From: Bacillota bacterium
GTDB lineage: Bacteria > Bacillota > Clostridia > Peptostreptococcales > Anaerovoracaceae
Direction of reading: 5' to 3'
Assembly (NCBI GenBank): GCA_029101005.1
Contig: JAQXQE010000015.1
Span: 58,720 to 122,719 of the forward strand
DNA: 64,000 bases
Below, one piece after another: positions 11,043-17,945 of this stretch. The notes below the pieces were generated by a model. It saw only the letters and a list, made by a program, of their open reading frames with translations, was not told the origin of the DNA and did no database searches. The position numbers and the translations under genes were made by a program. How positions within the stretch are numbered: position 1 is the first letter of the stretch; each line of letters opens with the position of its first letter.

Positions 11043-12188
11043 ATGGGCAAGACAACTATCGACAGCAAGGAATACAGGATACACAACAAGAGTGACAAGC
11101 CTGACAATATAGTTGAGAAAGAGAATCAGATCTTCCTCGAATGTCAGCAGATTGAGAAGACTCTTCCTAATTTCTTGCGCTCGTATTTCGCCTACCTTAA
11201 GAGCAATGTACTACCAATGACAAGACTCGCATATCTTCGTGATGTGCGTTTCTTCTTTAATTATCTGATTAATGAGACTGCTCTCACAGATGCTGATGAC
11301 ATCAAGCAGATCAAACTCGAAGACCTCAACGAGATTGTCGCTCAGGATATCAATCTCTTCATCGATTACTGCAGAAGATATGTGGTAGATAACGGAGAGA
11401 CTGTAACAATCTACGAGAACAACAATAAGACTCTCTCACGTAAGAAGTCTTCAATTTCAGTTCTCTTCAAGCAGCTCTACAGAGACGGTCTTATAGAGAA
11501 GAACATAACCGATGGCTTCGATCCAATCCGTGTGCCTAAGCCTGGCGAACGCGAGATTAAGGCTCTTCAGGACGATGAGGTTATGATAATGCTCGACGCT
11601 GTCACAACTGGCTCAGATCTCACAGCTCATGAGAGGGCCTATTGGGAGAAAACCAAGCTTCGCGACAAAGCCATCCTGATTCTCTTTGTCACATACGGTC
11701 TTCGTCTCAGCGAGCTTCAGCAGCTCAATATCTCCTCTTTCAATTTCACAAGAGGGGAGTTCAAGATCTACCGCAAGCGTGATAAGGAGTCAATAATGCC
11801 CCTTAATCGCTCTGTACAGATGGTGGTAGAGGATTACATCAGAAACGAAAGAATTAACGTTATACAGGAGAATGAGGCCGCTGAGGACGCACTCTTCCTG
11901 TCACTTCAGGGCAAGCGCATGACCTCAAGGGCTATTCGCGAGCTCGTTAAGAAATATACCTCGATTGCTCTCAATACATCGAGAAAAGCGGGTTACAGCC
12001 CGCACAAGCTTAGAGCTACAGCCGCAACAAGCCTCATAGGTCGCGGCAATTCGATATTCGATGTTCAGGCACTGCTTGATCACGAACAGGTTACAACTAC
12101 GCAGCTCTATGCTTCACATAAGATGAATGTTAAGCGAGATCTCGTCAACGATATGGAATGGGAACTCGAAAGAAAGGATGATAAATAG
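11043..12188 (+). CDS. Tyrosine site-specific recombinase, XerC/XerD-like
   Basis: The C-terminal catalytic signature is present: GLRLSEL (Arg), HKLRATAAT (His-x-x-Arg) and LLDHEQVTTTQLY (His, Tyr nucleophile). An N-terminal SAM-like core-binding region is also present. Confidence 0.8.
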   Translation: MGKTTIDSKEYRIHNKSDKPDNIVEKENQIFLECQQIEKTLPNFLRSYFAYLKSNVLPMTRLAYLRDVRFFFNYLINETALTDADDIKQIKLEDLNEIVAQDINLFIDYCRRYVVDNGETVTIYENNNKTLSRKKSSISVLFKQLYRDGLIEKNITDGFDPIRVPKPGEREIKALQDDEVMIMLDAVTTGSDLTAHERAYWEKTKLRDKAILILFVTYGLRLSELQQLNISSFNFTRGEFKIYRKRDKESIMPLNRSVQMVVEDYIRNERINVIQENEAAEDALFLSLQGKRMTSRAIRELVKKYTSIALNTSRKAGYSPHKLRATAATSLIGRGNSIFDVQALLDHEQVTTTQLYASHKMNVKRDLVNDMEWELERKDDK

Positions 12189-12191
12189 ACA

Positions 12192-13493
12192 ATGTCACAG
12201 TTATACAGAGACTATCTGATTAAGGATTTCGAAATTGATGCGGCTGTTCTTGATGCCGTAGACAGAGCCGAGGCAAGACTCGCAGAGAGATTCGAAGTAA
12301 TTGATGATATCACTTCAATCTGCCAGCTCAAGGTTCTCAAGGCAATGCAGGACAATCACATCAATGCTACTCACTTCGACTGGAGCACAGGCTACGGCTA
12401 TGACGATCCTGGCCGCGAAGCAGTAGAACGCGTATACGCGTCTGTTTTTAACACAGAAGCTGCTCTCGTAAGACCTAATATCGTCAACGGAACACATGCT
12501 ATCGCTTCAATGCTCTTCGGTATTCTCCAACCTGGCGAGGAGCTCATCTACGCAACTGGCTCACCATATGACACTCTGCAGAATGTCATCGGAACTACTG
12601 GCGAGAAGTACAAATTCAGAGGAACTCTGCTTGATTACGGCATTCTCTATAACGAGGTTCCGCTTACTGCAGATCTCGATGTTGATCTCGACGGCCTTCG
12701 TACTGCTATCACAGACAAGACTAAGGTTATTGCAATGCAGCGTTCAACAGGATATGACTGGAGACCTGCTATCTCTCTTGAGAGTATGAAGAAGGTAACT
12801 GAGCTCGCACATTCAATCAATCCTGATATTATCGTATGTGCTGATAACTGCTACGGTGAGTTCGTCGATACATATGAGCCTACTGATTTCGGTGTAGATG
12901 TTATCGCAGGTTCACTCATCAAGAACCCAGGTGGCGGAATCGCTCTTTCTGGCGGATATATTTGCGGTCGTGAGGATCTAATTGAGAGAATCTCATACAG
13001 ACTTACTTGCCCTGGAATCGGTTCTGAGTGCGGACTCACATATGGACAGAACAGACACGTACTGCAGGGACTTTTCCTTGCTCCTAAGGTAGTAAATGCT
13101 GCTGAGAAAGGCGCAATGCTCTGCGGAGCTCTCTACGATGAGCTCGGCTTTGAAGTAATGCCACCAGCTAATACAAAGAGAAGCGATATCATTCAAGCTA
13201 TCAAGTTCGCAGATCCTGATAAGATGGTTGCTTTCTGTCAGGCGGTTCAGGCTGCTTCACCAGTAGATTCATACGTAACTCCAATGCCTTGGGATATGCC
13301 TGGTTACGAGGATCAGGTAGTTATGGCAGCTGGAGCTTTCGTTCAGGGTTCATCAATTGAGCTCAGTGCTGATGCACCACTCAGAGAGCCTTATATTGCA
13401 TACTTCCAGGGCGGACTCACATACGAGCATTCAAAGTTCGGAGTTATCAAGAGCCTTGACAAACTTTATAAGGCTGGACTTATTACATTATAG
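12192..13493 (+). CDS. PLP-dependent aluminium-resistance/YnbB-family protein (Cys/Met-metabolism lyase fold)
   Basis: 433 aa with the family-typical GSLIKNPGGG lysine block. Its position after mutSL-miaA matches the Bacillus ynbB neighbourhood. Confidence 0.75.
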   Translation: MSQLYRDYLIKDFEIDAAVLDAVDRAEARLAERFEVIDDITSICQLKVLKAMQDNHINATHFDWSTGYGYDDPGREAVERVYASVFNTEAALVRPNIVNGTHAIASMLFGILQPGEELIYATGSPYDTLQNVIGTTGEKYKFRGTLLDYGILYNEVPLTADLDVDLDGLRTAITDKTKVIAMQRSTGYDWRPAISLESMKKVTELAHSINPDIIVCADNCYGEFVDTYEPTDFGVDVIAGSLIKNPGGGIALSGGYICGREDLIERISYRLTCPGIGSECGLTYGQNRHVLQGLFLAPKVVNAAEKGAMLCGALYDELGFEVMPPANTKRSDIIQAIKFADPDKMVAFCQAVQAASPVDSYVTPMPWDMPGYEDQVVMAAGAFVQGSSIELSADAPLREPYIAYFQGGLTYEHSKFGVIKSLDKLYKAGLITL

Positions 13494-13517
13494 TATTTCG
13501 ATACAAGGGAGAGAGAT

Positions 13518-14006
13518 ATGGCTAAGAAAGAGAAGATTGAGAAGACAAATGCAATGAGACTGCTTGATCAGGCAGGAATTGAATATGGACATTCTCAGTA
13601 CGAGTACGATGAATCAGATCTTTCGGGTACACATGCAGCAGAAGCACTTGGCGTATCAGCGGACGAGGTCTTCAAGACTCTCGTTGCTAGAGGTAACGAT
13701 AAATTATTATCGGTATTTGTTATTCCATCTTCTGCTAATCTCGATCTTAAGAAGGCTGCATCTGTTTCTCATCACAAGTCAATCGAGATGGTTCATGTCA
13801 AGGAACTCCTTGATCTGACTGGATATATTCGTGGCGGCTGTTCTCCAATCGGAATGAAGAAATTATATCCAACTTATATTGATGAAACGGCTGTTCTCTT
13901 TGATAAAATCTATATCTCAGCTGGTAAGAGGGGAGAGCAGATTGTTATTAATCCAGAGGTGCTGGCTGAATTCGTATCTGCCGAGTTTGCCGATTTGACC
14001 AAATAA
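13518..14006 (+). CDS. ybaK: Cys-tRNA(Pro)/Cys-tRNA(Cys) deacylase YbaK
   Basis: 162 aa with KTNAMRLLD at the N-terminus and a YIRGGCSPIGMKK block typical of free-standing YbaK editing domains. Confidence 0.8.
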   Translation: MAKKEKIEKTNAMRLLDQAGIEYGHSQYEYDESDLSGTHAAEALGVSADEVFKTLVARGNDKLLSVFVIPSSANLDLKKAASVSHHKSIEMVHVKELLDLTGYIRGGCSPIGMKKLYPTYIDETAVLFDKIYISAGKRGEQIVINPEVLAEFVSAEFADLTK

Positions 14007-14109
14007 TTACACAGTGCTTATGCATTTCTAATGTTACAATCCAATCAAACGTTGAAATTTCAAGGTGTTCAAGGGTTTACCAGGACACCTGATTATTTTG
14101 AAAAAATTT

Positions 14110-14123
14110 CGAAAATTTGTTCG
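14110..14123 (+). promoter_or_regulatory. LexA (Cheo) box 1 upstream of the YneA-like gene
   Basis: CGAAAATTTGTTCG compared with the Firmicute consensus CGAAC-N4-GTTCG shows one mismatch. It sits just upstream of the -35 element. Confidence 0.65.
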
Positions 14124-14130
14124 ATTTCTG

Positions 14131-14158
14131 TTGACACTTTGTTCTGAAGGAGTATAAT
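14131..14158 (+). promoter_or_regulatory. Sigma-A-type promoter of the YneA-like gene
   Basis: TTGACA (14131-14136), a 16-nt spacer, then TATAAT (14153-14158). Confidence 0.65.
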
Positions 14159-14164
14159 ACAAAT

Positions 14165-14191
14165 AGAACAAGTGTTCCGAACAAATATTCG
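14165..14191 (+). promoter_or_regulatory. LexA boxes 2 and 3 (sharing one base) between the -10 element and the start codon
   Basis: AGAACAAGTGTTCC (14165-14178, GAAC-N4-GTTC core intact) and CGAACAAATATTCG (14178-14191, one mismatch). Confidence 0.65.
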
Positions 14192-14208
14192 CAATGGAGG
14201 TAATTGAA

Positions 14209-14514
14209 ATGTTTAAGAAGTACAAGATTGTTTCACCAGTAAGATTCTTCATATTCGTACTGTTAACAACCATGATTCTGGTATTCGGTCTTGTTACTGT
14301 ATTTACAAGTGCAAGAACTGAAGCTGCGACTATTAATTCATTCGTACAGGTTGAGATTAATGAGAATGATACATTATGGACAATCGCAACAGAATATGCA
14401 GATGATTCTATGGATATCAGAAAGTTCATCGATGAGCTTCGTGAGATTAACGATATCGATGCTAACGATTCAATTCATCCTGGTGATCAGATATTTATCC
14501 CAATCTACGAATAA
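14209..14514 (+). CDS. YneA-like small membrane-anchored LysM protein (candidate SOS cell-division inhibitor)
   Basis: One N-terminal TM helix (FFIFVLLTTMILVFGLVTVF) is followed by a LysM domain (NDTLWTIATEYA...IHPGDQIFIP). I prefer ATG 14209 (GGAGG 8 nt upstream) over the track start 14194, which has no RBS and abuts a LexA box. Three LexA boxes lie in its promoter. Confidence 0.7.
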   Translation: MFKKYKIVSPVRFFIFVLLTTMILVFGLVTVFTSARTEAATINSFVQVEINENDTLWTIATEYADDSMDIRKFIDELREINDIDANDSIHPGDQIFIPIYE

Positions 14515-15015
14515 GCCAATGCTAGATCCATATAAGGCGTTCTTCCAGTAGTCTTATATGTCTGGATAGTGTGTTTCATTTAGTATAGCCGTGAGATTAC
14601 AGTAACTTATGCATCCTCAAACTGTAATTTTGCGGCTGTTCTAAGTAAGACCGAAATTTGCGGTTTAAGGCTCAAATACGGTAGGTATCAATACCTAAGA
14701 GCCTTACAAAAAATCGCTTAAATCGCAAATAAACGCCTCGAAATTTCCGCCATATTACGACAGATATCAATGACATAGATCAGAGATTAATAATTACGAC
14801 CAGATATTCAGATTCTTATTAATTAGTCTGAAGCTGGTCGTTTATTGTATATGTATGCGAAAAAGATATATCAAGCTGATTTGATGAATCAGGGCCTCTT
14901 TCGTGTGGTAACTATTCCCAAAATTGTGATTTTAGGAATAGTTAAATATAGCAAATATGAGGAATTTACAGCCCTAATAAGCTATCCCCTCGCATTCTCG
15001 CATATCACGCAAAGC

Positions 15016-15046
15016 AAAAAGAACCTGATAATAATCAGGTTCTTTT
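15016..15046. terminator. Bidirectional rho-independent terminator ending the chi operon
   Basis: AAAAA-GAACCTGAT-aata-ATCAGGTTC-TTTT. It lies 31 nt downstream of the propeller gene stop. Confidence 0.8.
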
Positions 15047-15076
15047 CGTTAAATAATAAGTAAGTAATTAGTGTTA

Positions 15077-16465
15077 CTAATCCTCGTAAGTCTTTCTAAG
15101 GATGTAGAATCCGTCCTCGAGTGCATCGATGATTATGTTACCTCTATCGTCTACTACAACATCCTCTGTTGATGCCAGATGTGGTCCCGGGAATGGGAAG
15201 AATCTGTGTGTTGGATTTGGAGGGATGAAGTATGCCTTCTCCTTGATGTAGTATGGATCTGAAACATCGTAGATTCTAAGACCTGCGTGGAAGTAGCAGT
15301 TGTATACAACATCTGTTCTCTGCTCCAGCCATGGCTTTCCGTCCATAGGCTCGTGGAGGTTGTGTGGACCGAATGGACCAATTCCTCCGTTGAGGCCGTA
15401 TGTATTGAAGTTTGGTGCCGGGAAGTCCTCTGGAACTTCTGGATATGGGAACTGTGCAATCATTACAGGATTTGTTGGATCACTTACATCTACCATATGG
15501 ATGTTGTTCATTGCCTGCGGCTTGTTAAGTGTTCCCTCTGGGAAGAATCCGTATCTCTCACCCTCGTTTGTAACAACACAGAGATTTCTTCCCTTCAACG
15601 GAAGAGCTGTGTGTGTTCTTGCTCCAGCGAGGTGGCTTGAGAATGCAGGCATGAACTTGAGATTACCAAGTGCCTTAGGTCTCTTTGGGTTCTCAACGTC
15701 CACGATCATAAGACCATCTCCACAGTATCCCATATATGCCTTTCCATCCATTACGAATGGAGGTCCATGCAGCCAACCCTTGTCCATGAAGTTAGGATTA
15801 TGTGGCTCCTGGTGATTAACTGTTCTGCCAGGTACACCATCAACATACTGGTGTGGCGCCCACCATCTACCCTCCTCATAAGGATTTGTTGGATCTGAGA
15901 TATTGATGATTCTGTAGATAAGACCCTCGAACTCATCAGCCTCACATGACAGATGTACGTAATCTCCACCGTTGTACATGAATCTGTGAACACCCATTGA
16001 ATGTGGAACTCCGCAGTCCCAGTATGAGAGGAACTTAGGATTCTCTGGATCCTCCTTAAGGCTGTAGATTCTGATGCCCTGCTCTGACTTGAGCTCTGAG
16101 AGTCTGTCACCTACGAGGGCTCCAGGACCAGCTCCTGATGTCATAGCGAGGATCATCAGATCATCAGCAATCTGAATCTTAGGGATAGATGTTGTTGGCA
16201 TCTCCTCAACATCGAATGGTACGAATTTCTTAATAAACTTTGGATTTTTTGGGTCAGTTACATCACTGATCATAACACCTACTCCGTTAGGACCTGCAGC
16301 GAATGCAGCACCGTAGAGAAGATATCTTCCATCCTCAGTCTTATAAAGAGCCATTTGGAACATTCCACATGTACCATCCATGTCACAATATGAGAGTACC
16401 TCGAGGTTTTTTATATAACCGTCGTTACCCTCACCTTTTGAATAAAAGTACTTTCCGTTACCCAT
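15077..16465 (-). CDS. LVIVD-repeat beta-propeller protein, function unknown
   Basis: 462 aa with six recurring hydrophobic-strand plus D-P-x-N-P blocks: MISDVTDPKNPKF, IRIYSLKEDPENPKF, YRIINISDPTNPYE, LMIVDVENPKRPKA, IHMVDVSDPTNPVM and LRIYDVSDPYYIK. It has no signal peptide and is the last gene of the chalcone-isomerase operon. Confidence 0.7.
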   Translation of the reverse strand: MGNGKYFYSKGEGNDGYIKNLEVLSYCDMDGTCGMFQMALYKTEDGRYLLYGAAFAAGPNGVGVMISDVTDPKNPKFIKKFVPFDVEEMPTTSIPKIQIADDLMILAMTSGAGPGALVGDRLSELKSEQGIRIYSLKEDPENPKFLSYWDCGVPHSMGVHRFMYNGGDYVHLSCEADEFEGLIYRIINISDPTNPYEEGRWWAPHQYVDGVPGRTVNHQEPHNPNFMDKGWLHGPPFVMDGKAYMGYCGDGLMIVDVENPKRPKALGNLKFMPAFSSHLAGARTHTALPLKGRNLCVVTNEGERYGFFPEGTLNKPQAMNNIHMVDVSDPTNPVMIAQFPYPEVPEDFPAPNFNTYGLNGGIGPFGPHNLHEPMDGKPWLEQRTDVVYNCYFHAGLRIYDVSDPYYIKEKAYFIPPNPTHRFFPFPGPHLASTEDVVVDDRGNIIIDALEDGFYILRKTYED

Positions 16466-16491
16466 TATAACTCCTTCTTACCGATAATAAA

Positions 16492-16995
16492 TTATCGTCC
16501 ATTAATTACTCTGTGAATTTTATCGAGAAGTGCTCCTACATAATACACACCTACCAGCATGGCAACTCCAATCTGAACTGCCAGATTAGGAAGTCCTGTT
16601 GTGGTGTCGAGATTCATTGTCAACATTGCAATTGCCCATCCGGCAAGCCATGATGGCATATGAATGATATTAGGAATCATGCTCGATATTACAACTACCA
16701 GGAATCCAAGTACAAAGAGCAGCAGGAACAGCAGAATATCTGGATTAAGTGTATGATTATTAACCATGGCAAATGTAGCAATCAATGACCAGCTGTCACC
16801 TGCCAGATAACCAAGAGCTATCTTATGTGCATCTTCGAACTTGTTTCCATTAGTTGCATATATACCTGCACAAATAAGTGCAATTGGACCAACGCTTACG
16901 CCTATATAAGGGCTTGCAACTGCCCATAAGGGAGGAAGAATTCCTATGAGCAGAGCAAGCGTGATGATTTCTTTGTTAATCGTATTACCCTTCAT
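16492..16995 (-). CDS. Small polytopic membrane protein (DUF1097-like)
   Basis: 167 aa with about five predicted TM helices. It starts 4 nt after the chalcone isomerase stop. The family assignment is from memory only. Confidence 0.5.
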   Translation of the reverse strand: MKGNTINKEIITLALLIGILPPLWAVASPYIGVSVGPIALICAGIYATNGNKFEDAHKIALGYLAGDSWSLIATFAMVNNHTLNPDILLFLLLFVLGFLVVVISSMIPNIIHMPSWLAGWAIAMLTMNLDTTTGLPNLAVQIGVAMLVGVYYVGALLDKIHRVINGR

Positions 16996-16999
16996 TGGA

Positions 17000-17851
17000 C
17001 TATCTCATTGTGATATATCCGCGGTAATTTGTAAGATTGTTGAATGCTGTGTAATCAGCAACAGCTGTTGAGATTACGTTATGTCTTGGCTTGAGGTATG
17101 GGAATGTATCTGTCATAGCCCACTCAGGCTTTCTGATTGACTTAACATCCTCTACGAATACCTTCTCCCACTCTGACTGGCATCCAACCCAGATCTCAAG
17201 AGCCCAATCCATTACACAGCCGTTAATGTCCTTCTTAACAGCACTTGCAAGGATTCTTGTAACCTCTGGAGCAGCCTCGAATACTGGAATAACCTCCTCG
17301 AAAAGCCACTTCTCACCTTCTGCCTTATCAACACCCTCCGGGAATCCGATAGCCATATTGAAACGATAGTTTGCACCATCCTCAATTGTGCGACCCTTAC
17401 CCTTGATGTCCTTCTCCCACCACATTGGGAGGAATGCGAAGATAAATGGGTTACCTGCAGCATCATTTGTCTGACGAGCAGTGTTACCGGCATCTCCGTC
17501 TGACTCAATCTGTCCGTGACCAAGCGCTGTCTCTGGAAGGTTACCCTGCCATACGAGAACATCCAGTGGGAATGTCTCCTGAAGAGCCTTAATTCCGAGT
17601 CTTGGATCGAGGTCGCTTACGAGCCAGTGATGCTCTGTAAGCTGCATTCTTGCATAACCGTAGTTGTCAGCGCCTGTTGGCATCGGGAATGCTGGATAGA
17701 AAGCATACTTAGTTACATATGGCTCGAACTGAGAAATGCTCTCTGGAATATGTGTCTTGTGAAGCCATCTCTGAAGCTTAGGTCTGTAGTCCTCCTTAGC
17801 GCAGTCTACATAGATAAGACTTCTCATTGGCTCAAATTTGAAATCTGCCAT
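17000..17851 (-). CDS. chi: Bacterial-type chalcone isomerase
   Basis: 283 aa. The N-terminus MADFKFEPMRSLIYVDC, the C-terminus NYRGYITMR and internal blocks match my recollection of the Eubacterium ramulus CHI sequence (about 282 aa). The internal blocks are GYARMQLTEHHWLVSDLDPRL, GNPFIFAFLPMWWEKD, GRTIEDGANYRFNM, FPEGVDKAEGEKWLFE and ASAVKKDINGCVMDW. Confidence 0.85.
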   Translation of the reverse strand: MADFKFEPMRSLIYVDCAKEDYRPKLQRWLHKTHIPESISQFEPYVTKYAFYPAFPMPTGADNYGYARMQLTEHHWLVSDLDPRLGIKALQETFPLDVLVWQGNLPETALGHGQIESDGDAGNTARQTNDAAGNPFIFAFLPMWWEKDIKGKGRTIEDGANYRFNMAIGFPEGVDKAEGEKWLFEEVIPVFEAAPEVTRILASAVKKDINGCVMDWALEIWVGCQSEWEKVFVEDVKSIRKPEWAMTDTFPYLKPRHNVISTAVADYTAFNNLTNYRGYITMR

Positions 17852-17945
17852 TGTTTCACCTCTTTATTTAACTTACCACTAACGACTAGCATCAATTTGC
17901 TAGTCGTCAGTGTGATTATAACGAAATGAGTATGATTAGTATGTA

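Noticed and set aside
11043-12188. Tyrosine recombinase as the integrase of a mobile element
   Set aside because: It is tightly packed between miaA and the ynbB-like gene. There are no flanking repeats, no tRNA target and no phage or conjugation genes. It is treated as a chromosomal Xer-like gene.
14034-14429. 131-aa minus-strand ORF covering the YneA-like gene promoter
   Set aside because: It runs antisense through the LexA boxes, the promoter and the LysM gene, and has no RBS. The plus-strand gene has far better support.
14845-15063. 72-aa plus-strand ORF in the junction region
   Set aside because: It has a TTG start and no SD, and it reads through the terminator hairpin at 15016-15046. 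Its composition is AT-rich and low-complexity.
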